Source of the DNA: an uncultured virus (IMG/VR IMGVR_UViG_3300037420_001751)
Lineage: Duplodnaviria; Heunggongvirae; Uroviricota; Caudoviricetes
Strand: one strand, 5' to 3'
DNA length: 64,000 bases
IMG/VR virus record: IMGVR_UViG_3300037420_001751
Part shown: piece by piece, positions 18,675 to 28,343 of the stretch
Layout: every line of letters begins with the position of its first letter
Position numbering within the stretch: the first letter of the stretch is position 1
The notes under the pieces: generated by a model
Told to the model about the DNA's origin: nothing
What the model saw: the letters and a program-made list of their open reading frames with translations, nothing else
Database searches by the model: none
Translations under genes and position numbers: made by a program

Positions 18675-18974
18675 CTAAGCAGCGCGATAGAGGACGTTGC
18701 GTCCGTCGCGCTCTTTTTCGATGCCGAAGTCCTGCTCCTTGGGGAGCCGGCTCAGCTGAGCGCGGATCGTGATCTCCATGCCCTGCTCATCCCGATTCGG
18801 GAACTTGCGGCTGAGGTGGGTCAGGATGTTCTCTACGCCCACCGGTTTGTCGTTGTCCCGAGCTTTATTGAGGACCTTTTTGATCTCCTCAATCACGCCC
18901 GGTCGCGCTTCGTAGCGCATCGGGTTGCTTTTGCGGTGGCGCTGTCCGGCGCTCATCCGCTTTACTTTGCTCAT
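18675..18974 (-). CDS. basic winged-helix-like DNA-binding protein (paralogue A)
   Basis: GVIEEI..FPNRD..GM..TIRAQLSRLP motif shared with 20518..21120 and 28344..28748. Confidence 0.65.
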   Translation of the reverse strand: MSKVKRMSAGQRHRKSNPMRYEARPGVIEEIKKVLNKARDNDKPVGVENILTHLSRKFPNRDEQGMEITIRAQLSRLPKEQDFGIEKERDGRNVLYRAA

Positions 18975-19019
18975 CTAGTTGCTCCTGTGTTTGTCTGTGT
19001 TGGCCGAACTACTATGTTT

Positions 19020-19049
19020 AGCTTAGAAGCTTATAAGGAATATTCGCAA
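19020..19049 (-). promoter_or_regulatory. sigma70-like promoter
   Basis: ccTTGCGA-18 bp-TAAGCT, GTAGTT downstream; shares AAGCTTCTAAGCT with the 9854 promoter. Confidence 0.55.
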
Positions 19050-19068
19050 GGTTAATTCTTGAATGATT

Positions 19069-19425
19069 TTACTCCGGTACGAAAGTACCGGTGTGGTGTT
19101 GCCGAGGAATATCACTATCGTTCCAGTAGGATGTGTCGGTCAGGGTAATTGACTTATACATCTCTCCAAAGAACATGCAGCTTGGGTCCCCGTCAAAGTA
19201 AACCAGTCGAAACTCATGCACCGTCATGTCCGCTTTGCGCTGATTACAGTCGTAGCACGCGGGGACAAGATTAAAGTAGCTGTTACATCCGCCCCGCGAT
19301 TGCGGTATTTTGTGGTCCTTTGTTAGGGGCGTTGCTACCTGTCCACAGTAGTAGCAGCGCCCGTCACAGCGGCGCTTAAGATAACGCTTTAAGCTTAAAA
19401 TTCCGCCCGAAATTACGGTGCCCAT
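19069..19425 (-). CDS. HNH endonuclease
   Basis: CYYCG..TKDHKIPQSRGG....NLVPACYDCNQRK. Confidence 0.9.
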   Translation of the reverse strand: MGTVISGGILSLKRYLKRRCDGRCYYCGQVATPLTKDHKIPQSRGGCNSYFNLVPACYDCNQRKADMTVHEFRLVYFDGDPSCMFFGEMYKSITLTDTSYWNDSDIPRQHHTGTFVPE

Positions 19426-19431
19426 GCCGCA

Positions 19432-20133
19432 TTATGGCACGTACACCATTCGCACCCCTTTCTTAATGTTCGTTGGGAGCAGGTAGTAGCGTTCGCAGTC
19501 CTCATTCGGGCATCCGGGTATACCAATTTCGATACACGCCTTGCTCATCCGAACAATGTAATCGCACCCACCCGCATCCGGCGGGCAATGGACCTTGAGC
19601 ATACGGTTGATCTGCTTGGGGCGCCCGTGTGAACTGCGCATGGGGTCGCCGAAGTTCATGCCGCCGTGCGGGTACTCACCATACTTCTCGATCATCGGCT
19701 TCATCCACTCCGTGAACGCGGCACCCGACCCCATATATTTCGGCTGCCCTTCGAAACCGATCGCCCGACCCAGCTTAGCGAACTTCTGCTTATGCCGTTC
19801 CGGAATGCCGACCACGATGTGGCACATTTCGTGCCCAAGGATGCCGGCAACTTTGAGCGTATCGACTTGGGTAATGTTGATGATGATCTCGTAGTACTTG
19901 TCCTTTGTAAGCGACATGTCCCAGCATTCACCCTCTTCTTTCACTTTTTTGCCGCTGCCCGTGAAACCGACACCTACGCGGTACAGGGGGATGTCGGTAT
20001 ATCCCTTACTCTTGATGAGCCCTTCAAGCTCCAGAGCAATCGCGGCGAGCCACTGCTCGCGTTTCTGGAGCACTTTGGCTTGTGGCTTCAAGGCTGCAGG
20101 GATTTCCGTCCTAAATTTCGGTTGGATCAGCAT
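19432..20133 (-). CDS. SprT-like metalloprotease-domain protein
   Basis: GECW, ILGHEMCH...H.QKF, C-terminal C..C..C..C cluster. Confidence 0.7.
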   Translation of the reverse strand: MLIQPKFRTEIPAALKPQAKVLQKREQWLAAIALELEGLIKSKGYTDIPLYRVGVGFTGSGKKVKEEGECWDMSLTKDKYYEIIINITQVDTLKVAGILGHEMCHIVVGIPERHKQKFAKLGRAIGFEGQPKYMGSGAAFTEWMKPMIEKYGEYPHGGMNFGDPMRSSHGRPKQINRMLKVHCPPDAGGCDYIVRMSKACIEIGIPGCPNEDCERYYLLPTNIKKGVRMVYVP

Positions 20134-20521
20134 GTTGTGCCCTCGCTTGGCAGTAAATCGACTCCATGACGTTAAGGACATACACCTTGTACGGCGTTCC
20201 GTCCCTTAAAGCTCTCGCAGCCCGGTGGGTCCCATCGATAAGCGTTAAACTCTTATCCGGCCAGAGGACCATGATACCTGGCACGTCGCGTTCAGCTTCC
20301 GGAATATGGTCCAGGTGCTCCGCAACCGGTTTGTTGACCTCCAAATACATTTGAATGATCTCCGGTGGGAGCGGGAGCGCGGGACGCGGCTTTTGCTTCA
20401 ACACTTCTTTTGCCGTAGTGACATCCCATACAAAGAAGTCGTGCCCGTCACTCCAGGAATACAGCTCGCGGGTACCCGTCTCCGCGAGCTGGGCAAGGGA
20501 TTGGCATTTTTCGCAGCTCAT
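20111..20521 (-). CDS. ParB/sulfiredoxin N-terminal-like protein
   Basis: PGIMV...LIDGTHRAARA. Confidence 0.6.
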   Translation of the reverse strand: MSCEKCQSLAQLAETGTRELYSWSDGHDFFVWDVTTAKEVLKQKPRPALPLPPEIIQMYLEVNKPVAEHLDHIPEAERDVPGIMVLWPDKSLTLIDGTHRAARALRDGTPYKVYVLNVMESIYCQARAQHADPTEI

Positions 20522-21120
20522 GCAAACTTCAGCACCGTGCCGCGCTTCCCGTCCTCGAGCTTGGTGATCTTTCGACCCAACTTGGCGGGGAGGCGGTTGA
20601 TTTGGCAACGGACGGTGGTGCGCATTCCGGTTTCCGCGCGGTCCGGAAAACACCCCTTTAAGTGGAGAACCATCTCGTCCACAGTGGCGCCCTCGGATAG
20701 CTTCGCAATGATCTCGTCGATGACACCCGGACGCTTGGCGCTCTTGACTTGGGGCTTGTTGGCAGCGCGGGGCATCTCCCGCACCGATGGGACTTCCGTC
20801 AACTCGCAGTCGCGCAAGGCCGCGATGATGCTCCGTACCACGTGTTGGTTGATGGATTTACCTTCGCGGATGGCTTTGCGCATGTCCAATAAAAGCAGTT
20901 GCGCAACGTCTTCCTTGATGAACTTGCCGCCGAAGGTGTTCTCCGGCCACAGTTCGTGCCCCGCGCCTTCGCGGTAATCGTGGATGGGGACGTTGAAATA
21001 CGTCCTTGTCGGCCAATGGTAAAGCCAAGCCATCTTTTGTTGTATTTCCACGACGAAGTACATCGCCGTACCACTGACTGGTGCTTTGTCATTGTACAGC
21101 GTTAGCATCCGCGCTTCCAT
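20518..21120 (-). CDS. two-domain protein with C-terminal winged-helix-like domain (paralogue B)
   Basis: RPGVIDEI..FPDRAETGMRTTVRCQINRLP. Confidence 0.65.
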   Translation of the reverse strand: MEARMLTLYNDKAPVSGTAMYFVVEIQQKMAWLYHWPTRTYFNVPIHDYREGAGHELWPENTFGGKFIKEDVAQLLLLDMRKAIREGKSINQHVVRSIIAALRDCELTEVPSVREMPRAANKPQVKSAKRPGVIDEIIAKLSEGATVDEMVLHLKGCFPDRAETGMRTTVRCQINRLPAKLGRKITKLEDGKRGTVLKFA

Positions 21121-21157
21121 ATATGTGCTCTCCTGTGCTGTGTGTAACTACGCAATT

Positions 21158-21208
21158 AGCATAAGTGTTGAAACGCAACGGCTACAAGGTAAAACAAAAA
21201 TATTTTTT
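21158..21208 (-). promoter_or_regulatory. sigma70-like promoter with UP element
   Basis: AAAAAATATTTTTGTTTTaccTTGTAG-18 bp-TATGCT, GTAGTT downstream. Confidence 0.55.
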
Positions 21209-21211
21209 AGG

Positions 21212-23221
21212 CTAATGCGCCTCGGCCCAATTTGCCCCCGTTTTGCTATCCACTAGGACCGGAATTTTTAGCTGGATCGCGTTGGCCATGATGTGGTGCG
21301 CTTCGTCCAGTGCCGCGTTGGCCTCCGGGGTATCCGGAGCAGAACCATCCAACTCGTCGTGAACTGTCAGCGATAATGTCAGCGGAGCCCCAGGCCCCAC
21401 CAAACCCGCCTCCCAGATCTTTACCATGGACAGTTTCGTTAAATCTGCGCTGCTTCCCTGTAACACCGCGTTCAATGCCTTGTGAGTGAAAGCGCGACGA
21501 ATCTTTTGTCCGTACTCTGCCACCGCTTGTTCATATGGCAACGCGGCTTTTCTTTCTTCGCCCGCTTTTTGAAAAGTAGCCGGCTCCCAAAGATCAAAGC
21601 GGCGCTTACGGCCCAGCACTGTCCGAACATATCCGATATCCCCAGCTCGGCTAGATGCCTTCTTGTAAATATCCCGGCAGAACGGCATGCGCGTGTGGTA
21701 GTCGTTCAGGATGGGCTTGGCTTCTGCTTTTGTGATGCCCATATTGTGAGCCATGGTCTCTTCGCCCATGCCGTACACAATGCCAAAGTTGATGTTCTTC
21801 GCTTTCTTACGCTCTAGTCCGGTGATTTGTGACGCAAAGACGTGAAAATCTGTTGAAGGGTCGTCCAGATACATTCGCGCTGCTTCCGCAGCTCCGACAC
21901 AGCGAGCGAGTACTGCATAATGAACAAGGAAGCGGTACTCAATTTGAGAGTAATCTTTTGACCACCAGCGCATGCCGCTTTCTGGGATGAAAAGGGCTCG
22001 GATAAGTGGACCGAAGACCGCGTCACGAGTCGGGACTTGTTGTAGATTTGGATTGCTTGAACTAAAGCGTCCGGAGACGGTTCCGTTGTCGTCGCTGCGG
22101 AGGGGGTGAAAGGAGCAGTGTAGTCGTCCATCGATACCATCCTGTAACCACGTATTGATAAAATCGCCTTTGAACTTCTTAATCTTCCGTAAGCTACTGA
22201 TAATCTCCGCAACGCGGTGCGGATGGGCCTCCAGCCATTCTTTAGTGAACGAAGGCTGTGGCTTGCTGGAGGTTGTCATGGGGTAGGCGAGGCCTAGACG
22301 CGCAAACACTCGCGCCAGCTCATGAGCGGAGAACACGCTCGATACATCAGTACCCGCCATGTGCTTCAGCTCAGCACGAAGCTCCTGCTCTTGTTTAGCG
22401 AGCTTTACTTCAAGTTGCCGAGCGGCTTCCATATCTATCAGGACGCCTTGGCGCTTCATGTATAGGAGCAGAGGATAGAGACGGCGTTCCATATGAAACA
22501 GCTCAAGCAACTGCTGCTGCTCTAGCTCTTTCAATTGCTGTTCAATAGTCAGCATGGGGAGCGTAATGTCCCCCATCACGTATGGCTTGGCATGACCGGG
22601 GTGAACACGGTGCATGTTTTCGATATAGCCGTCGCCGTACAGTTCTTTTAGCTCGTTGGTAATCTTACCCGAACCAAGGTATTTTCTAGCGATAACTTCT
22701 AGCTTGTAGCTGCGAGCATTCTCGTTGATAAGGGGTTCGGCCCACTGCGTATCGTATATCTGTGCGAGCGGATTGAAGAAAACCTCTTCTGTTGCTAGCC
22801 ATTCCCCTTCGTACGGTAGATTGGCACCGGTGATAATACCTTTAAAGTCCTTGAATTCCCCCCGCAACCACCGGAAAACCTTTTCCGGGTCGCAATTGGG
22901 GCCGTTCACATGTTTAACCGGGTAGTAGTCCCCCTCCCATTCGTCGGAACGAATGCCTACGCCCACTATGTAGCCGTCTTTGCGGTAACAGCCGGGGCCT
23001 TTGTCCCGCAGTTTAGGGTCAAAGGTTTCCAAGTCAACACTGATGCGCGGGTACTTGCTGAACTCTGGAAAATTGTCAGGGACACGATAATCCGAGGGAG
23101 GAACTGCTTCTTTAAAGCTCCGCTCCCGAACCACGGTGGGCCCTCCGGCAGCCGCAGTACGGCCCACCTTTATCGGCGTGTCCCAAAAGAAACCCGCCTC
23201 ATCTCCGAAGACTTTTGCCAT
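21212..23221 (-). CDS. polA: family A DNA polymerase with 3'-5' exonuclease domain
   Basis: VDLET, SGRFSSSNPNLQQ, DYSQIEYR, RKKAKNINFGIVYG, QGSSAD, TVHDE. Confidence 0.95.
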   Translation of the reverse strand: MAKVFGDEAGFFWDTPIKVGRTAAAGGPTVVRERSFKEAVPPSDYRVPDNFPEFSKYPRISVDLETFDPKLRDKGPGCYRKDGYIVGVGIRSDEWEGDYYPVKHVNGPNCDPEKVFRWLRGEFKDFKGIITGANLPYEGEWLATEEVFFNPLAQIYDTQWAEPLINENARSYKLEVIARKYLGSGKITNELKELYGDGYIENMHRVHPGHAKPYVMGDITLPMLTIEQQLKELEQQQLLELFHMERRLYPLLLYMKRQGVLIDMEAARQLEVKLAKQEQELRAELKHMAGTDVSSVFSAHELARVFARLGLAYPMTTSSKPQPSFTKEWLEAHPHRVAEIISSLRKIKKFKGDFINTWLQDGIDGRLHCSFHPLRSDDNGTVSGRFSSSNPNLQQVPTRDAVFGPLIRALFIPESGMRWWSKDYSQIEYRFLVHYAVLARCVGAAEAARMYLDDPSTDFHVFASQITGLERKKAKNINFGIVYGMGEETMAHNMGITKAEAKPILNDYHTRMPFCRDIYKKASSRAGDIGYVRTVLGRKRRFDLWEPATFQKAGEERKAALPYEQAVAEYGQKIRRAFTHKALNAVLQGSSADLTKLSMVKIWEAGLVGPGAPLTLSLTVHDELDGSAPDTPEANAALDEAHHIMANAIQLKIPVLVDSKTGANWAEAH

Positions 23222-23224
23222 GTG

Positions 23225-23941
23225 TTATGGAAGCTGAAGGATTTTGTGCATTTGGACCTGTGCGCGGTACCCGTACTTCAACGCGATTTGTCCCACTGCT
23301 TTGATGTTTTCGTTGGACTTCATCACGTTGATGCCCTCGTCACATGGGCTCAACCAGATAGTCAGCGGCGCGCGCCCGATATGCAACGGCCGAGCGGGTG
23401 CGCCATGATGCTCCGGTTTCTGACGCTGAGTGGGCTCGTTCGGGAGTCCGTCTTCTAGACTCACGGCGTCGTGCTGGATGACATACTTCCAATGGAAACA
23501 CCACTCATGAAACGTTTTGTGAACGAAACGTCCTTTTGGTGAGCACACCACCGTGACATGCTCTTCCTTGAAGCACTCCTGCCAGTACGTGCCCGCGGTC
23601 TCGATCTGGACCTGAAAGCCTTCTTTGCCTAAGCGATGGATCAGGGGGGATAACTCCTGACGCGCCGGTTCCCCTCCAGTGAGCACGACTAACTTCACAC
23701 GATCGCTCGCGAGAGTGAGCACTTCAAGCGAGATTTGCTCCACGTCCATGTATGGATCTTTTTGGTCGTCCCACGTTGTATCGCAGAATGTGCAGGATAG
23801 ATTGCAACCCGTAAGACGGACAAAGATAGCGGGGACGCCGTAATAGGGGCCCTCGCCTTGAATTGTTTTCCAGATTTCGTGCACCTGGAGCCTTTGTCCA
23901 TTGCTGTTGTCGCGTGGACGGATGATGTTAAGACCTTGCAT
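23225..23941 (-). CDS. queE: 7-carboxy-7-deazaguanine synthase (radical SAM)
   Basis: TIQGEG, FVRLTGCNLSCTFCDT, LTGGEP, QIETAG, CSPK, QMHK. Confidence 0.95.
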   Translation of the reverse strand: MQGLNIIRPRDNSNGQRLQVHEIWKTIQGEGPYYGVPAIFVRLTGCNLSCTFCDTTWDDQKDPYMDVEQISLEVLTLASDRVKLVVLTGGEPARQELSPLIHRLGKEGFQVQIETAGTYWQECFKEEHVTVVCSPKGRFVHKTFHEWCFHWKYVIQHDAVSLEDGLPNEPTQRQKPEHHGAPARPLHIGRAPLTIWLSPCDEGINVMKSNENIKAVGQIALKYGYRAQVQMHKILQLP

Positions 23942-24070
23942 TGGACACCCCTGTTATGAAAATCCAGAAAGCGATAAAGAGTCCGAGGGGCGCAGCGAAA
24001 TCCCCCTGGTGAGCTGTGTATGCAAACCCGGCTAAGCAAGCCAATGCGGCGATTAAAAGGATATACCTCA

Positions 24071-25042
24071 TCATTTCCCCATTCCGGCAGCGATGCCGAT
24101 GCTGTATTTGGTTTTGAAAGCAGCTCTTGGACCTCCGGCAATGAAAAACCCGAAGTGAGTCGCGTGCTTCAGCACGGGCTCCAAAAACTTGACCTCGAAC
24201 ATGACACTCTCGCGGTTATCTGGCAGCGTACTCCGGAATTCAGAGCTGATAATTGCTCCGCTTTCTTTCGCAGTGCGCCCGCTCATTTCGTCGTGCGTGA
24301 ACGTTAACCCGCCTTCTGTGATATCCATGAGGTGCAAAACTGATTCGCACCACTCAGGATCGACCTTAGGAGTCTCCTGCCACAAAGTAAATATCGGATC
24401 CGTATTGGGCATCTTGCCAACACGCCTTTGGCAGCTCATCCAGCTCCCATCTTTCCAGGTAAACGCTACTTGGTTTTCGTTGTAGACGAGGTATTGCAGT
24501 TCTTCTGGGTGGCGCAATATTTCGTCCACAATTTCATAACCAATCGAGAGTTCGACTTGTTTAGGGATTCCACTTCCCTCGGCTCGTACAAGTACGACGT
24601 TATTGGTCGCGAGGATGCACCCATTGCGAAGATGAGCATCCGCAGCCCAGGGCTGCGTTGCGTTGTCGGAGATGAACGGTCGGACATCAGCAATCCTTTC
24701 AATGAAGGCGGGGGTTAATTTCACCTTCTCGCCCTTCGGAAGATTGAAATTAACGGTGGAGGGATCTGAACCGGGGACCATTGCGCGGAACCGTCCGCAG
24801 CTGACTTTGACGAAATGGTTTTCTTGGATTTGGATTTTGATTTCTCCAGGTGTCTTGTCGAGGAACTTTTGAAATTCCGCGGCTTTAACGCTGAAGTCCG
24901 TCTTACATTTTATCGGGGACGCAGCCGTGAGGATTCCATCGCTCGCATAGACGTACCCATTTTTGACGGTGTAGTGCGTAAGCTGCGGGACGATATCTTT
25001 TTTGGCAACGGCGTTTTTGACTCGATTTAGTGATTCACGCAT
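24071..25042 (-). CDS. DNA polymerase III beta clamp-like protein
   Basis: N-terminal pattern (AVAKKDIVPQLTH..YASDG, ATNN) and position in the replication module. Confidence 0.55.
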   Translation of the reverse strand: MRESLNRVKNAVAKKDIVPQLTHYTVKNGYVYASDGILTAASPIKCKTDFSVKAAEFQKFLDKTPGEIKIQIQENHFVKVSCGRFRAMVPGSDPSTVNFNLPKGEKVKLTPAFIERIADVRPFISDNATQPWAADAHLRNGCILATNNVVLVRAEGSGIPKQVELSIGYEIVDEILRHPEELQYLVYNENQVAFTWKDGSWMSCQRRVGKMPNTDPIFTLWQETPKVDPEWCESVLHLMDITEGGLTFTHDEMSGRTAKESGAIISSEFRSTLPDNRESVMFEVKFLEPVLKHATHFGFFIAGGPRAAFKTKYSIGIAAGMGK

Positions 25043-25295
25043 CTGGTTGGTTGAACATGATTGCTAAGATGCAATCGGCTGTATCGCGGCAATACTTTAC
25101 CGCTCCTGTGATTACGTCAGGATTGATTCCCAGAAAGATGTTTGGGTGACCCCAACGCGCTTTTTCGTGAGCTTCCGGGCTGACCGCCAGTCTCCAATCC
25201 GGATAAGTCTGTTCTGTCGACGCGGTGTAGTGACGAATCCAGATTTGCTCGGCTATCTGTTCCCGAACCGGAGACGCTTCCGTTACCCACGACAT
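25035..25295 (-). CDS. hypothetical protein
   Basis: SD GAGGTGAGG; overlaps the clamp-like start. Confidence 0.45.
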   Translation of the reverse strand: MSWVTEASPVREQIAEQIWIRHYTASTEQTYPDWRLAVSPEAHEKARWGHPNIFLGINPDVITGAVKYCRDTADCILAIMFNQPDA

Positions 25296-25581
25296 TTGTA
25301 AACCTCACCTCAGAAAAGGCTCTTTTAATCGCTTGCTTGTCTTTTGATGCGATGGCTTCAAGCAACGTGCGAACCGTATTTGGATCTTCGACACCCCACA
25401 GGGCGTTAACGCATTGTATAACGCGGTCCAAGGTTTCTTCAGCAGTGCCTTGATGGCAGCGTAAAACAACAAACGTTCCGTTTAAAATGGTGCAACGCGC
25501 TTCTTCCTGCTGGTGGGCTAACCAGCCGTCTGAACGCTTCTCGTCGCTCCGGGTCCGTTTGTATGCTCTACGCTGCCACAT
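25117..25581 (-). CDS. hypothetical protein (3' part overlaps next gene)
   Basis: CACAGGAGCACA leader upstream. Confidence 0.45.
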   Translation of the reverse strand: MWQRRAYKRTRSDEKRSDGWLAHQQEEARCTILNGTFVVLRCHQGTAEETLDRVIQCVNALWGVEDPNTVRTLLEAIASKDKQAIKRAFSEVRFTNVVGNGSVSGSGTDSRANLDSSLHRVDRTDLSGLETGGQPGSSRKSALGSPKHLSGNQS

Positions 25582-25649
25582 GACTGTGCTCCTGTGTTAA
25601 GACGGGCTGGGGTTTGCCCGACCAAAGAAGGGCTGGTTCCGCAGCCCTG

Positions 25650-26546
25650 CTAAGCTTGGAAAGAAAACAAAGTGTTCTGCTGGTTTTCAAAACGGTCTGT
25701 CCCCAATTTTTCCATTTCCTGAAAGCTTACCGCATTAACCACATTTCGAAAGCGGTAGTTCTGCATACACTGCTCAGCGGTCACCCCATACGGGAGCAAC
25801 CATTCCCGTACCTGGTCTTGCTGCGGCTTTGCAAGGTTCTTAAAATGCCAGCCCGTGAACTTACGCAGTTCCGGAGACTCCTCCGACATTACAATCTTCC
25901 GCGGCCCCTGCGGCGTGGTCAGCATAATGCCGCCGTAGATTCCTGTCATCAGCCACGACGACGAGTCTACTGAATACCACGGGTAACGGAACATCAGTTT
26001 CTGGTCGGTAAGACCAAAACCGTGCACTTGCGTTTTGGCTGTTCCGTCCGGGTTGCAAAGAATGTGCGACCAAAGGCCGTCCAGTCTTTCCATGAGCCAC
26101 CCGGTCGTTTCGGGTACCATACCGCCGATGAAAATATACGGGTACCCCTCGTCCACGTAACGTTGCAGCCAAAGGTCAGGTTCGCGAACGTGAAAAACAG
26201 GCGAAACCTTGACACCTTCAGCTTCCAGGATTTTGAGATTTTCGTAGGAGGCTCGGGCGGCAGCGTCCCCATCGCCAATGGCGTCGAGGGAACTACAAAC
26301 AGACCAGATTCCTTTACAATCCTTGATGAATTGCGCATACGCTTTCGGGTCGATCTGAACGCCTTTCGTGAACGCGGTAAACGCGCCGGAATCCAAAAAC
26401 AAATCAAGCTTGTACTTCACCGACTGCTCTATATCTTCGTCCCAGCGCTGGTGATAGTAGTAGCTGATCAGGCGACGACGAACGCCCGCTGTGACGTACA
26501 AGTCACCTTCTGCGATTTTCCACTCACCAGCTAGATATACTTTCAA
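25650..26546 (-). CDS. TGT-fold guanine transglycosylase (DpdA-like), probable 7-deazaguanine DNA insertion enzyme
   Basis: LFLDSGAFT, LDAIG, PVFH, IGGMV, VHGFG, YSVDSSSW; embedded among que genes and near polA. Confidence 0.8.
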   Translation of the reverse strand: MKVYLAGEWKIAEGDLYVTAGVRRRLISYYYHQRWDEDIEQSVKYKLDLFLDSGAFTAFTKGVQIDPKAYAQFIKDCKGIWSVCSSLDAIGDGDAAARASYENLKILEAEGVKVSPVFHVREPDLWLQRYVDEGYPYIFIGGMVPETTGWLMERLDGLWSHILCNPDGTAKTQVHGFGLTDQKLMFRYPWYSVDSSSWLMTGIYGGIMLTTPQGPRKIVMSEESPELRKFTGWHFKNLAKPQQDQVREWLLPYGVTAEQCMQNYRFRNVVNAVSFQEMEKLGTDRFENQQNTLFSFQA

Positions 26547-26650
26547 TGGCGTACCAAAGGAAATAGATATAGATTGCTACAGTCAGCAGCAGCGCCCCCA
26601 GCACCGCTACGATGGTCCACAAGAAAACCTGCGCGACAACGCCTAGGTCA

Positions 26651-26899
26651 TCATTCACTTTGTCGAACACATTTTTCTTCATACGGCCACCGCTGCATGA
26701 GCGTGACTGCGGTCACGCTTGCACAATCCTCGCTTTCCCATTCGCCCGTGGTACCGTAAGCAAATACCCGGATAAAGCAGCACAGGACTAAACGCTTCGG
26801 TAACCTGTACGCCAGCCAGAAGGAAAATGCTTCCATCCAGCGGCTCGGTTGTGTCCGGATATTGAACAAATAATTACGGTACCAGGCATGAATGGTCAT
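26651..26899 (-). CDS. hypothetical protein
   Basis: ATGA overlap with the folE stop. Confidence 0.5.
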   Translation of the reverse strand: MTIHAWYRNYLFNIRTQPSRWMEAFSFWLAYRLPKRLVLCCFIRVFAYGTTGEWESEDCASVTAVTLMQRWPYEEKCVRQSE

Positions 26900-27465
26900 T
26901 TGCAAAGCTCCATGAACTCGGCGCGAGTTTCCGCCTGTGTACGCATCACCCCGCGCAGGGCTGATGTCACGGTCAAACTGTCGTGGCTTTTTACACCCCG
27001 CGATTCTACGCACATATGACGGCACCGCAATTGGACACCCACGCCGATGGGCTGCAGGTTTTCATAAATAGCGTCAGCAATCTGATTTGTCAGCCGCTCC
27101 TGAACCTGCAAGCGCCGCGCAAAGATGTCCACAACGCGGTCGAGCTTGGAAAGACCGAGTACTTTTCCGTGTGGAATGTACCCGACGTGGGCGACTCCGA
27201 AAAATGGGGCAACGTGATGTTCACAGTGGGTGTAGACGGGGATGTTCAGGCGGACAACCATCTCATCCCCGTCACAGTGCTCTGCGCCGTCCGCAAATAC
27301 TTTCATCACGTCCTTAGGGTCGATCTTATATCCGCCGAACCAAGTCTCCCAAGCCTTCACCACGCGGTGCGGCGTTTCCGACAGCCCTTCGCGGGTTGGA
27401 TCCTCGCCAATGGCAAGAAGGAACTTCTCGACAATTTCTTCCGGCTTGTAGTTGTACGTCGCCAT
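26896..27465 (-). CDS. folE: GTP cyclohydrolase I
   Basis: REGLSETPHRV, CEHH, GLSKLDR, RRLQVQERLT, HMCVESRG. Confidence 0.96.
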   Translation of the reverse strand: MATYNYKPEEIVEKFLLAIGEDPTREGLSETPHRVVKAWETWFGGYKIDPKDVMKVFADGAEHCDGDEMVVRLNIPVYTHCEHHVAPFFGVAHVGYIPHGKVLGLSKLDRVVDIFARRLQVQERLTNQIADAIYENLQPIGVGVQLRCRHMCVESRGVKSHDSLTVTSALRGVMRTQAETRAEFMELCK

Positions 27466-28215
27466 TTAGAACCCCAGCGGCAGTTGATAGCCAGCGCACT
27501 GGCTGTAGTTGGAAGTTTGCGGAAGCGGCATCAAGCCTTCCTTGACCGCGCGAAGGATCAACGGATCGGGGAGACCTGCTTGTTCAAAACCTTTTGCCCG
27601 TAACAGCGTCGCGTGGTCCTTCCCGATGGGAGGATAGCTGCCGTCATAGCTGGTGTGCGTGTAAGCCAGCGCTTCCCAGCAGCCGGGTAGCTCACGCGCC
27701 ATGCGAACCGTGTCCGCTTTAGTGCGCGACATCAACGGTGCATAGATGAGGAAATCCCTTTCCAATCCGGTGCGCAGCGCTGCTTCCATGGCAGCACGGA
27801 ATGATTCACGGCAATCCGGGTAGCCGCCGAAGTCCTCTTCGCAGATGCCGGTGATAAGGGCGTTCGCTTCCAGACAGTAGGCGCGATTCGCGGCTAGAAC
27901 GAGGAACAAGGCATTGCGGGCCGGCACGAATGTCTTTTCAAGTCCGCCGGGTAGTGTGTTCCAGGACTCGTATTGTTCCAAGTCGTTCTCGGAAACAAGA
28001 GGCGACGTCCCTTTAAGGATGGGGCCCACCTGAACGATCTCGTGACTTTCGACCTTCGCAAGTTGGGCGACCTTGAGGGCGCTCTCGATCTCACGTTTGT
28101 GTCGCTGATTGTAGTCGAAAGTTACCGCGTGTACTTCTTGAAAATTTTTCTTAGCCCAGAAAAGGCATGTAGTTGAATCCTGTCCGCCCGAAAGAACAAC
28201 TAACGCACGTTGCAT
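27466..28215 (-). CDS. queC: 7-cyano-7-deazaguanine synthase
   Basis: LSGGQDSTT, YNQRH, TFVPARN, GYPDCR. Confidence 0.95.
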   Translation of the reverse strand: MQRALVVLSGGQDSTTCLFWAKKNFQEVHAVTFDYNQRHKREIESALKVAQLAKVESHEIVQVGPILKGTSPLVSENDLEQYESWNTLPGGLEKTFVPARNALFLVLAANRAYCLEANALITGICEEDFGGYPDCRESFRAAMEAALRTGLERDFLIYAPLMSRTKADTVRMARELPGCWEALAYTHTSYDGSYPPIGKDHATLLRAKGFEQAGLPDPLILRAVKEGLMPLPQTSNYSQCAGYQLPLGF

Positions 28216-28235
28216 GTGCACTCCTGTATGCAACT

Positions 28236-28265
28236 ACTCTAAGGCTTGTGTGCACTTTTACACAA
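28236..28265 (-). promoter_or_regulatory. putative promoter for queC-folE
   Basis: ccTTGTGT-18 bp-TAGAGT between a terminator and the ACAGGAG leader. Confidence 0.4.
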
Positions 28266-28292
28266 GGTAAATGTCAGTTCAGTGAATTGACC

Positions 28293-28322
28293 AAAACAAA
28301 AGCCGCGCCCGAAGGCGCGGCT
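28293..28322 (-). terminator. intrinsic terminator with UUCG loop
   Basis: AGCCGCGCC-TTCG-GGCGCGGCT-TTTGTTTT. Confidence 0.85.
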
Positions 28323-28343
28323 CGTGTTGGGCCTGGCCGCGGA

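Noticed and set aside
21212..23221. Intein or intron in polA or the helicases
   Set aside because: Lengths are normal and motifs are contiguous
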